Below are positions 50,829 through 64,000 of a DNA stretch of 64,000 nucleotides, piece after piece (positions within the stretch are counted from its first letter, which is position 1; the number at the start of each line of letters is the position of its first letter). The position numbers were made by a program, and so were the translations under genes. Location: positions 1-64,000 of the forward strand of contig MCFH01000025.1 in NCBI GenBank assembly GCA_002104945.1. Direction: 5' to 3'. The notes beneath the pieces are model-generated. The model ran no database searches, had not been told where the DNA came from, and saw only the letters and a list, made by a program, of their open reading frames with translations. This stretch comes from Piromyces finnis finn (Eukaryota; Fungi; Neocallimastigomycota).

Positions 50829-53800
50829 ATGGAAGAAGATAATAATTACAAATCAATTAAACAATTGTGTTACCTTTTGGATGTAGAAAAAAAAATTGAA
50901 ACTAGAAATAGAATTTTTACTCAATTAGTTAACTCACTTCAACAAAATATCTCTTTATTTAGAAAGTCATATAAGCTTCAGAAATTAGTTATATCTTTAT
51001 TTTTAAAATTTATAGAAAAACAAAAAAATGATTGTATTAAAAAAAATTATACAGATTCCTCAATTCAAAAATTATCCAGTTATATAAGAAATTTAAGAAA
51101 GTAAAATTTATTATATTTTTATTATTATTATTTTGTCTATTGTTATTTATTATATATATAATAGTAAAGCACATTTCAAAAATTAAAAGCTATTTATTAA
51201 TTTTATTTGGTTTTTATATACTATTATTTAACAAAGAATAATAGAGAAGCTAGCTTATCATATAAAAAAAAAAAAATAGTAACTGATTTAATAATATATA
51301 TAAGAAATACTCTTATTATATGGCCTTCACCCCTCTATACAAAAACTGTTCAAGAAAATATAAAAATCTTAAGAATTTTGTTAACTTATAATAATTATCG
51401 TAGTAATATTTCTAATGATTTAAAGTCAAGCATTTTAGGTTTGTGTATGCAAAAATTAATAGCATATAATTGCTTTGAAGAAAGTATTATATTAAATGAA
51501 GAGACAAAGTATAAAAGTAAGGAGTATATAGAAAGTGATGATAATGAAGATAGTGATTATGAAGAGAATGATGATGACGATGATTATAAACCATCAGAGT
51601 CCGAAACTGATTATAAAAGTTCTAATGGTCATGATAAAAAAATAAAATCATTAAATGATACAAAAAGGAAAAAAGTATTTCAAAATAGTTTTTCTAATAA
51701 TAGAAATTCCTCATCTTCAATATTAGAAATTTTAGAAATTTCAAAATGTTTTTCTTTTTTAATACCTTCCACTGAAATTGTATATAATGAATTTTCATTA
51801 GAAGAGGAAAAACTTTTTACTCATCCAAGTACATTTGATTATTCTTCATTATCTTTTATTAATACCTCTAAGTTGTCATCTTTTATTAATGATTTTATTA
51901 GTAATAGAGATGAAAAAAAATTAGATGCAACTTCACAGTATGATGATTTATATCCTTCTAGCATTACATTACAATCATTACTTATTTTCTTCAAAGCATA
52001 TTTAATTGGTTATATAAATAATTGTAATTTGAATGGTAGTAAAATTAATGAACAAAAATCCTTTGTTCAGATTATAGGATCAATAAATTTTATTATTCAA
52101 GAAATATTAAGAAATAATTTTTCTTTAGCCTTGTCTTTTGCAACTAAAATTTTTGATGACATTTTATCTCAGTGGGATACAAAACTATTAGAAATGAAGA
52201 TTCAAAATATTAATTTTTTTAGAATTTTCATTTTAATGATTAACAGACCCAAAAAACCATTTAGTAGTAATTATTATAAAATTGATAAGGAAACTAATAA
52301 TGAAAAACAAGGATTTAAATCAAGTGAAAAGATAAATTGTATTATTAATAATAAAAATAAGGAGAAGCAATCAACTATTTCATCTTCATCCTTTCTTTAT
52401 TATGATTTCAAAAAATATCTTTATAGATTATATTTAAAAATCAAATCGTGTGAAGGAAGTGAATTTATTAAAAAATTTATTGTTGATCATTTATCAAGTA
52501 AAGATGTATCATTTGGTGAATTCTTAAATAATCAACAAAAGTCCTCTTTTTTTGAACCATTTCATAATAAAAATGATTATAAAAAGGATTCATTTACATC
52601 TTTTTTTTCGCCCATTTTCTTTGATGATATTTCCCTTAAGTATACCCAAAAATTTTCTAAATATCCGTCTTATTTTAATAGTTCATATTCATCCGATGAA
52701 CTAGTTTTTATAAAATGGGCATTCTATAATTTAGTTTCAGATTTATATTTTTTAATTTTAAAGATTTGGCAAGATCATATCGATGAATTACAAATACTAA
52801 TGAATTGCGAAAATAATACATCAAAATATAAAGAAAATAATAATTGCAAAGAAAAAATAAATGAAACTGTAGATAACATGAGTATTAGTTCATGCTCTAC
52901 TGAACTTTTATTTCATAGTGATGAAGAAGATAATAAATTTGAAAAAGAAATTCAAGTAGAACCTACTGATAGTAATAGGAATGATAGTTTAAATTTAAAA
53001 AGCTTAAATGATAAAAATTTGATGGATAAGCTTGAAAATGATTTTATAAATATTGAGTTTGATATATTAAAATCATTCGATTATTTTTTAATCTCACATA
53101 AAAACCATGTTGTCCTTTTTAATATACAAGTTATTTTATTTTTATATAAAAAGTGGGGACATTTTATTATGAAGGATTTCACTGATAAGTTAGTTGAATT
53201 ACTATCTTTCTTTTTAATTGAAGATGTGTCAATAGAAGTTCAGATATGGGTTATAGCAGCATTAGCTCAAATTAGTAGTAATTATTCAAATTGTGAGTTT
53301 GATAAGTCATCTTTATCTACAATATTGTCAAAGCCGTCAGTTAATGAAAATAACTTTTGTGATAGTAATTATAATAAGAATGTATCTTCAGATAATAATC
53401 GAAATTTAACATCGTTTACAAATTATTCATCATATAATAAAACAATGAAAAAAACTAATACTTCTCCATCTATCGATAAAAATAATAATATAAATACTAC
53501 AAATCCAATATTTTTGATGTTAATTTCACGTGTTAATCTTTTAAGTTGTAATAATTCTATTGAAATGATGTGGAATTCTATTTGGAATACATTATTACAT
53601 AAAGTATTAATTAATAATTTAACGGAACCATCTTTTTATTTTCTTGGAAAAATAATCAAGGAGAATGTTTTAGCAGAAGATGTTGTTTATACAGGATGTA
53701 ATTTTTTATGGAAAAGTATTATAGCAAAATCTATTCCATTAGTTCCCTCTGGTGTAAATTTTCTATTAAATTATTTAAATAAAGATAATAACACAATTTT

Positions 53801-56800
53801 AACTAGTCATTCCTTAGTCCAAAACTTATTACAATGGCTTCTTAGTTATTTCCAAACTGGTATTGAAGTGATGAATAAACAAATTTATAATGATATTAAT
53901 GATTCAATATCCTTAATAAATACATTGGAAGAGGTACATTTAACGCCCTCTCCTTTTAATCCGTCACATACATATAATAATAATAATAATAACAACAATA
54001 ATAATAGTAATATTAATTCAACACAGTTCTCAACTAATTTGTTTTCAACCGTTAAGAAAAGTTCTACGTCGGAACAAACAAAATCTTTGAATAGACAAGA
54101 TAACATTGATCAAATTTGTTTTTTACGTACACCACAATTAATTGCTATTTTTTTATCATTATTTGTAACATCAATTAATTTTAATAATGATGTTATTAAA
54201 GAGAATAACATTCAATATAATCAGTTTCAGCAGTATATCCCAATTGAAGAAATGGCATTTGAATATCAATTTTTAAATCAATATTTGCATTTAAATTATT
54301 TTAATTATGGTTTTTTAAAGCAATTTATCAGTTTTAATAGAGTATCAAATTCCTATGATGAATTATTAAATAATTTTCAAATAAAAGATAATTTATTATC
54401 TCATAACATTAAGGAAAATAATAAAGACTTAATAAATGATTTTGAATATAGACAAGAAAGAAAACAACAAACTAATTATTATAAAGAATCAGAATATATT
54501 AGTCTGAAAGATAAAGATAAAGTATTTACAAAATCTGAAAATTCTGAAAATGGTAAAAATAAGAAATTAAAATTCAATACTTTAAGTTCCGATAATGAAA
54601 ATAAAGAAAAAATAAAATCCTTTCTTGTGGAATTAATATATTATTGTATAAATTGTAAATTAAATATTTTTGATAATAATAATAAAGTTAAAAATGATTT
54701 TGTAAATGTATTTAATCACCAACCTAATACTCTCAATAGTTTAAATAAAATTCCTTCAAAATTGTTTCAAGATGATTATCAGGATAGAAAAAATCTAAAA
54801 TCTATTAAAAAGAGGAAAATTAATAATATTGAATCAAATAATATAATTACTTTTTTTTCGGAACCTCAACAAAAAGATATTTTTGATGATTTAAATGAGC
54901 CATTATTGAACATTAATCAAGAAATCGCTTTTAGGCTTCAAAATTTAATTTGTTGGAAATTACATTTTTTAAACATTTTGTTAAATTTTATTGATATAAT
55001 ATTACATACTTCAAAAAAAATTTTGTTGCCAGAAAATATTAATACATTTATTAAGAATTATTACGAAGCCAAAAAAACTTTATTACATAGTGATCTAATT
55101 GATCTTCTTTTTCCGAATCTTTTAAATGATTATACTTTTATAAAGTTGCTACCAGATTTTTTTGAAAATATAATTAATGATCTCAAACTTTTATTCCAAC
55201 TTGATGTTGACAAAGAAGATTTAATACCAATTATTGACAGCCTTAATAATTGTTTTAATATTGGAAACGAATATTATTCATCAAATAATGATCCATTTTC
55301 ATTATATATAAGTGATCTTAGTAAATATATTTATAATCAATTTATTCAGATTGATGGACTAAATACTTTGAATGATATAAAAAAAAATTCATTTAATTTT
55401 TTTAAAGATACCCAAAAAAATAGTATTTTGTTAAAGAGAATCTATTATAAATTATTATTAAAAGAGAAGAACATAAATGATTTGATACAGTTAATAGAAA
55501 GTTATTTTGATTTGAAACCATATTCACAACAACAAGATAGTAATAAAAGACCTAATAATGATAATGATGATAATATTACAAGAAATAATAAAATGGTTAT
55601 TAATTATGATTATGATTTAGATATTAATAAAAGTATTCAATACTATTTGTATTTTCATCCGTTTGTCAGTAAACCAAAAATTGTTTATTTCAATAAAATT
55701 TTGACAACTTCATTAATAAATTTAATTAGTATCAATATTTCTAAAGATATTAAATATAATAATAAATATATATCGTTTTCAGATTACATAAGTTCATATA
55801 CTAAAGAAAATTATTCTCTAAAAAATTATTCTGAAAGCCTCTTTTTATTGATTCCAAAATTATCTACACATTGTATTATATCATATCAATTTGTTCAATT
55901 TATTCATTTCCATAAAGGTAGAGTTAATATTTTATATTTTATTGTTATGTTGTAAATAATCATTTTATAATATTTATAAACTTTTTAATTTATAAAAAAT
56001 CTACTATTAATACAAATAATCATCATTAATTAATAATTTTAATTTATTTATTTACTACTACATAGTTTATTTCAATATAGAAATTTGTAAACAAATTATT
56101 AATATTTTAGGAGAATCTTTAAATGATTTTGATATGAAGAATGATAAGTGGACATTATGCATTATTCTTAAATGCTTGCAAGACATTATTAAATGCTTAG
56201 AAAAGATTTTGAAAAATCCGGAAAACATTGTACCTATAATAAAACCATTTTTAAAATATTTTGTAAATAAATGTCATATATTACATTGGAGAGTTAAAAT
56301 TGAATTTATTAATTTTTTGGTTGACTGCATTATATTAGATAATGAAAAAAATATTTTTCAAGATGAAAAAGACCTTTTATATAATACATTATTAAATTTT
56401 ATTAATGATCAAGATCAATATGTTCGCTATGTATTTTCGTTAAATTTATCAAAATTCTTTAAATCGCTCCCTCAATTGAAGCAAGTAAAATTATATAAAG
56501 ATATCTATCAGCATGCTAATTTTGAAATAGATATTACTAATAATGCAACATCTTCAACTATTACTTATTCTAGCAATTATATAGAACAACAAATCTCGTA
56601 TGCTTATCAATTTTTTGTCATTTCAAAATATAGTTTTATTTGTAGGAATGAAAGTATATATCAACTTTTGTACTTTTCAAAAAATGATAATCTTCACTTT
56701 ATTATTACTAATCTTTTAGAAACTCTTGCATATGATTTAGGATCTAGAAATTATTTAATACTTCTTAAAGAGCATTTATCTTCACTAATTTATTTATGGA

Positions 56801-59800
56801 TTAGTGATGATAATGTTCAATTAAAAGATTTTCCTTTTTATTATTTTAATTATGAATCTCTAGCGTCTTTTATTAAATATAATTATAAATTTATTATTTC
56901 TAATCTTATTTTAAAAAAGCAATATGAAGAAGTTGAATATATTTCAAAACTTATTAAAAAATCAATAAAAGATATGATTATTGATTCATTGTCAATAATA
57001 ATAGCATATACTCTGCCTTTGCTTTTCCAAAATGATCAAAATCTTATTAATTATGGAAAATCAATTTATAACGAGTATATAAAAATATATCTACCTGGTG
57101 ATCTCTTTAAAAATTTATGTAAAGAGAAAATTCTAAATATTATATTAGAATTATTGTATTTAATTAATGATACCAAATCTTTGAATTTTTCTAATTCACT
57201 TAATTTAAATATTTCAAGTATTTCCATTAATGATAAACCTTTTAATCAAATTGATAAATTAAATTTAAATATTAAATTTCCAAATTACGAAGGTGCCTCT
57301 GTTTTAAAAGCTATTGATTATATACTGGTTTTAATTAATGAAAATTCATTAACTAACTTTTTAAATATCTATCGATTACCAAGTGTCTTTAATTTTTTTC
57401 ATAAAAAAATAGAAATGACTTTATATGATGAAGAGCGTCATAGATTAATTTATATCTATAAATATATAATGAATCATATTAACAATACCATTTCTCAACC
57501 ATTCTTATTTAAAAGTATTATGATAAGAATGTTAATGTATATGGAGAATAAAAGCCTGTTTAATATGTCTTTAAATATTATTGAAGATATTCTTAAATAT
57601 TCAACTGTCTCTGAAGTAGTTATAAATGAAAATTTAATACAGATAGCTACTTTATTATTACAACAAATGAACACTCAATCAGATTCTACTTTTAGTAAAA
57701 AAATCAAAGCAATATTAGTAAAGTATTTTCAGGTTAATCTTAAAAATTGCCCTAAATTTATAAGAAATGAATTGTTTAAAAATAATGAAACTGATTTTAT
57801 GGAAATATCTGAGTTTGATGATGAAGGAGATAGTTCATTTAATTTAAATGATATCATAAAGTATAATGAAAATGACTCTTATTCTTCTGTAATTTTTACA
57901 ATACAATATCTTCGAACTCAATTAAATAATAAAAATATAATTAATAAATTAGCTGATTCAATAAATAAAGAACCATTAGTAAAATTGTTTAGAAAAATAT
58001 TACAATGGACAAATAAGTTTCTTATTACTCATGAAATGTTAGAATGCATAGGAAAACTTGAGCCATTATTAAATGAGAATCTTATCGATTTTAATACAGA
58101 TGAGGATAAAATCACTCATGAAGATATAATAATTTCAAATATTTCAAAAGAAACACAAGAAATTGTTTTATGTCCTGGTCATATTATTGTATTAAAATAT
58201 ATTAATGAATGTTTGTACGACAAAAATATCAACATTGTTTCTATATCAATTGCTTTACTTCAATCAATATTTCAGACTAATTCTGGAAATTTTGCATTCA
58301 ATCAATTAGAAGATCAATATAAAAGATATTTAAGTATTTTTATACCCGACCAAAAATCATATATTTTTTCCAAAAATTATTTTTGTTTTACAAATGAATA
58401 TAAGGATATTGAGAAAGAAGAAACGTGGAGTTCTCATAACAAAAACTATAAAGAGTGGATTATTAATCTTTCTTGTTCATTAATTATAGCTTTTTATACT
58501 GATGAAATTTTTGATCAATTAATAGTATTAATTGAAAAACATTCAAAATTTTCAGAATATATATTACCATATATTATTTATGCTATCCTTATAAATGAAC
58601 ATTCCAGTAAAAAGTCATCAATGTTTAATGATAAACAAAATTATTCATGTAAAAGCCACTATTATTTGGAAGAACAACAGCAATTTATTGATAATATTCG
58701 TCAATGTATTAATGATTCTGCATTTAATATTTTATCTAAAGGGATAAATTATATACTAAAAAATTTTGAAAATGAAAACATAAAAGCATTAAGAATTATT
58801 TTATCCGTTTTAATTTTTTTGAGAAAGCAACCTATTCCTAATGCCACTACACAATTTGACAATAATTATTGGTTAAGTTTAGATTATGAATATGTTGTTA
58901 AGGCGGCAATAAAATGTAATTTATATAATGTAGCACTTCTCTTTATTGAAATTAGTTTTGATAACCATAGTCGTAATTGTAATAGATCCGACCTAAAAAA
59001 TAATAAACGAAAGAAAAGTTCAATTAGATCTAAATTTGAGGTGGAAGATAATGTTAAAGAGATGAAATGGTATCAAGATCTACTTATTGATATATATCCA
59101 CATACTGATCAAGATGATTTTTATGCATTAAAATATGAAATTACCAAAGATATCAAACCTTTGCTAATTAAATATGAACATGAAAAAAACTGGAGAAAAC
59201 AATTAATTTTATATGAACGATTCCTTCATGCTGGAAAATCATCTGCATTTGATCCTTATATGATATATTCCAATATTGCAAAATCACTTAATAGTTTAAA
59301 TCTTTACCATATATCCTATAATATGATTAATTCAGTTTATTCTATTAATAAGCATAGTAACACTAACTTTTTATTTGATGAGGATCTCCCTTTTCTTGAA
59401 TTACAATATGAGTCAGCATGGAAAATATCCCAATGGGACTTTGAACCAAACATTCATTCGAAAATGCTTCATCCAGAATCACTTGGTATTAATTATCATA
59501 TCTTTAATTGTTTAAAGTATTTAAAAAAAATGAATAATGAAAGTTTTAATAATTGTGTTGAAAATGCATGGTCTTTTATTGAAAATAACATTAAACTTGA
59601 TAAATTTAATATAAAAAAACACAACTTTTTATCTATTCAATTGATTATTGAAATTCAAGAAGGATGGGAAATGCTTAATAAGAAAACAATAAAATATTTA
59701 GATTTATGGAATACGAGAATGAAAGTCATGAAAGATAGTGAATTTGAAACATTGGAATCTATTTTGATGTTACGAACTGCTATTTTAAATATTATCATTG

Positions 59801-62800
59801 AATCTTTAACGCCTTCTCTTCATCATTTAGCAGATTCCAACAACAATTTAGATCTAAATAATTATCAAGCGTTTAAAACATTTATCATTGATAATTTATT
59901 TACTATTTCTAAGATTACTCAAAAGACAGGAAATTTACAAAGTAGTCAAAATTCTATAGAGCTTCTTAAATATATCATAAGGGGTAATGAAAAAGACATT
60001 GACACACAAGATCTACAGTTGTATAATCGTTTGGTTGTAGAAGAAGCAAAATATTTATGGATTCAAGAAGAACATTCTATAGCAATTAATATGATTCGTA
60101 AGCACATTGAAACAATAACATCTTCAATTTCAATGTCGAATAATGAAAATTCATGGAACAAAATTGAAATTTTGGAAGAAGAAAAGAATGAGATTTTATA
60201 TAAATTACTTTCTTGTCTTGGTAATTGGATTGGTACTCAAAGATTAGAAAACCCAATGTCTGTTATTGAAAATTATATGGAAAAAGCCGTCAAATTAATG
60301 GAAAGTAACAATCAATCTAATCGGTCTTGCAAAGTTTATTTTAAATTTGCAGATTATGCTAGCAATCAATATAAAATAATGTGTCAACCGGATAATTGTG
60401 TTCAACAAGAATTATTACATTATAAAGAAAAGGAATTGAATGTTTTAAATATATCTATTAAAAATTCTAAATCCACTACTGAACGTAATAAGTACGAAAT
60501 TCAAAAACGACGTATTGAAGCACAAATTGAATTAGATAAAATAGAGATTAATAGAGTAAACCAAACTCGAGAAAATTTTTTGGTAAAAGCAATAGAAAAT
60601 TATTTGAAAACCTTAAATTATAGTGATGAATATAATATTTGTGCTTTTAAGTTAATTGCACTATGGTTTGGAAATAAAAATAATAATCTCATAAATCAAT
60701 ATATTTATAAATATATTAAAAGTATTGAATCTCGAAAGTTTTTGACGCTTATTTATCAACTTTCTGCTCGTATGTCCCTTTCGAGTTCAAGTCAAAAAAG
60801 TAAATATTTTGTATTAACAGTAAATGCTTTAATTCAAAAAATGATTATTGATCATCCATACCATTGCTTATATCAAATTATTGCTCTCAAAAATGGGGAT
60901 ATAATTTCTTCTCATGATGTTCAATACTTTTCTTCACCAGAAAAACGAATTCAACATATGAATTCTGGAGTGATAAATCAACAAACAAAATTACGTATTC
61001 AGGCAGCAGCAGCAATGCTTCATTCTGTAAAAAAGTTCCGTAATATAGCACAAGCTGTTCAAGAAATTGAATTTATTTCTGAATCTTATATTGAATTAGC
61101 TTCTCTTAAGTTTATTGCTAGTGATCGTAAAAAATTGATAAATAATAAGAAACCAATTGCCTTTGGTACTAAATTGAAGCTCTCAAAAGTAAAAGAGCTA
61201 GAAAGAGTACCTATCACCACAAAAACCCTTCCAATTGACCCTACATGTACTTATAATAATATAGTATATGTAAAAGATTATAAGCCTTCTTTTCAATTAA
61301 TTGGTGGAATTAATTTACCAAAAGTCATTGAATGTATTGGAAGTGACGGACAAATATATAAACAATTAGTCAAAGGATCAGATGATTTACGACAAGATGC
61401 TGTCCTTTCAAAAATATTTAATTTAATGAATTTACTACTTACCAAAAATCAATCCACAAGAAAACGTCATCTTTCTATTCGAACTTATAATATTATTCCA
61501 CTATCACCAAGAAGTGGTATTATTGAATGGGTACAAAATACTATTCCTTTTGGTACTTATTTATCAGAAGCTCATCCAAAGTAAGTTTATTTAAATATAT
61601 ATATATACCTTAATGATTAATATTTACTAAAAATTAAAATTAAATTTTATAATTAAATATTAAATTAATAATTGCTGATATAATATACATTTTTTTTTAT
61701 TTTGAACTCTTTTTAATATAAAAGGTATAATAAAAATGATATTCTACCATTGGAATGTCGTTTAATGCTTCATAATGAACAACAACGTAAAAATTCTACA
61801 ACTAAATCTAAACTTGCTGTATATAACAATATTACTGATAAATTTAAACCAGTTTTTCGATTTTTCTTTCAAGAACTGTTTAAGGATCCATTTGAATGGT
61901 ATATCAAAAATTATTAATAATATAGAATATTTTTAATAAAATATTAATTATATTAAATATATATTATTATTTAATATAATTAAAATATTTTGGATATTCC
62001 AATCGTTTATTAGGTATAATAAAAAAGTTGTATATACAAAAAGTGTATCAGTAAATTCTATAACAGGTTGGGTCGTTGGTCTCGGTGATCGTCATTGTAT
62101 GAATATTCTAATAGATTTAGGAACAGCTGAAGTTATCCACATTGATTTGGGTATTGCATTTGATGTTGGAAAACTTCTTTCTATTCCAGAATGTATTCCG
62201 TTTAGATTGACTAGAGATGTCGTAGATGGTATGGGGATTAATGGTGTTGAAGGTATATTTCGTAAAAGTTGTGAAGAAACACTTCATGTCATACGTAAAA
62301 ATTCAAATGTTTTATTAACTATATTAGATGTTTTCAGGTAAGATATTTTATAATATTTATATTCATATTATTTTTTTCCTTCTAAAAATATATTCGATTA
62401 AATCATTCATACGAATATATAATGATAGAAAGAGTTAAAAAGTAACATTTATAGATAAAATTGTTATATTAATTAATTATTATTATTTTTATTTAAACCT
62501 AATATTTGTTTTTATTTTATATCATATTTTATTTTTATATTAAAAACATTATATTATTAAGATATGATCCATTATATAACTGGTAATTTAATTATAATAC
62601 ATACAAAATAAAAAAAAAAAAAAATATTTAATAAGAATTTTTTATTCTTACTATAATATTAAGGACTATTTCTCCATTGAAAATGGCTCGTCAAGTTAAA
62701 GAAACTAATCAAATTCAAAATGAGTTAAGTGGGAAAGAAGAGGAACTTGATGATAATGAAGAATTTCGATTATCAAACGATAAAAATATTGATAATTCAC

Positions 62801-63057
62801 AAGAAACAAAAAATAATGATGATATTGAAAGAGCCTTTTTTGGTGTTCGTACTAAACTTTCTGAACAAATGAGTGTCGAATGTCAAATTAATGAATTAAT
62901 AGAAATGGCTATAAATCCTGAAAATTTATCGAGACTATTCCCAGGTAATTATTATTATTAAATATATTATAAAAAACTTAATAATAATATTTTTTAATCA
63001 ATAATTCTATATTAATTTATATATTTATTAAATATAGGTTGGCAACCATATATGTAA
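50829..63057 (+). CDS. TEL1: ATM/Tel1 PIKK serine/threonine kinase, 8 exons (approx. 50829-51100, 51245-55917, 56081-61580, 61725-61900, 62014-62337, 62561-62582, 62663-62944, 63038-63057)
   Basis: TAN-like N-terminus; FAT region; GGINLPK, QLVKGSDDLRQDAV, GLGDRHCMNILID, IHIDLGIAFD; FATC ending LFPGWQPYM-stop; GT-AG introns that keep frame where I checked. Confidence 0.9.
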
Positions 63058-63535
63058 TTTATATTTCTTAACCCCTTCATTATGCATTAACCAATACTTT
63101 TAAAATATTTTTAGAATAAATAAAATTTATTTCATTACATATTACAATTTTAATTTAATATAATACATGATATAATAAATATAAATATAAATATAATAAA
63201 TAAATAAAAATAATAAAATCACATTTCAAAATAATAACAAAATAAGATTCACAAATAACATAAATTTTACTTTATAAATTTATAATTATTATTATTATTA
63301 TTTATTAAATGGAAAACTAACAATTGTTTTTAATTTGTTTGTTTTTTAATTGCCATTTTTTTAAAAAAATTTTTACAAGAAAATTATTTATATTTTAAAA
63401 TGAAAAAAAAAAAAAATGAAAAAAAGCTTTTTAACATTTTTACATATTTATAGGTAAATTAATAATCAATATTTATTATCCTTTTTTTTTTATATTTATT
63501 ATTATTATTTCTTTTATTTCATTTTTATGAAATAC

Positions 63536-63871
63536 TTAATCAAATGGTATTGGTCTTGGTAAATGACTGTGTTGATTATTTTTGTCATCTGCTGCTGCAC
63601 CAAATGGACTTGGTATATGAATACCACAGCAACATGGCGCTTCTTGTCCCATAGCATAAACATGAGAATGGTCATGTTCTTCAGGAAGTGCACCATGAGT
63701 TCCATGGAATCTAATAAGACTTCCAAATAAAAAGTGTTGCATAATCGGTAATTTTCCTAATACTTCAGCTTTATACATTTTTATCATACCAGAATTAACT
63801 TTCATCCATTTTTTTACACCACTGATATCATCAAGCATAGGTGAATGCCATCTTAAAGATGCTGTTTTAAT
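63536..63871 (-). CDS. RRD2: PP2A phosphatase activator (PTPA), RRD2-type, last exon; the gene continues beyond the window
   Basis: [53 protein letters not shown]; AG acceptor at 63872-63873. Confidence 0.88.
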   Translation of the reverse strand: MKTASLRWHSPMLDDISGVKKWMKVNSGMIKMYKAEVLGKLPIMQHFLFGSLIRFHGTHGALPEEHDHSHVYAMGQEAPCCCGIHIPSPFGAAADDKNNQHSHLPRPIPFD

Positions 63872-64000
63872 CTTTAAAAGAGAAAAAAATGAAAATGTTG
63901 ATATTTAATTAATAATTAATACAAAAGTGTATTATTATTTTAATCGTAATTAATTTTTTTATATAATTATAATTAATGATTAATATCATCTTTATGTTTA

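Noticed and set aside
61-63726. Short antisense or alternate-frame ORFs overlapping real genes (e.g. 61-345, 9760-9960, 30617-30895, 44471-44674, 53885-54106, 63514-63726)
   Set aside because: Shadow ORFs of the codon-biased genes or elements they overlap; no independent motifs.

Overview
Very AT-rich eukaryotic DNA with short GT-AG introns, most consistent with an anaerobic gut fungus (Neocallimastigomycota); this is inferred from composition and gene content, not from a marker gene. 1-5.6 kb: a ~2-kb inverted duplication of an intronless sugar-porter gene around a (TATTA)n tract. 6-29 kb: a retroelement pile-up, with a full-length LINE (13-bp TSD) inserted into an older LINE and three nested layers of LTR elements (a Ty3/Gypsy with a tRNA-Ala PBS, a chromovirus with a Tf1-like self-priming signature inserted into its RT, and a solo LTR inside the chromovirus LTR). 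29.7-50.5 kb, the most interesting part: three intact, intronless genes of nucleocytoplasmic large DNA virus (NCLDV) type that together form an early-transcription module. These are an A7-like VETF large subunit, a D6-like VETF small subunit/SF2 helicase, and a streamlined RPB1 ending at the archaeal A'/A'' split point. They are dispersed among an intron-containing host gene, ORFans, a bacterial-type CPBP protease gene and a degenerate repeat array. 50.8-64 kb: host ATM/TEL1 kinase and the 3' exon of PTPA (RRD2). All family assignments come from motif recognition by eye; no searches were run.
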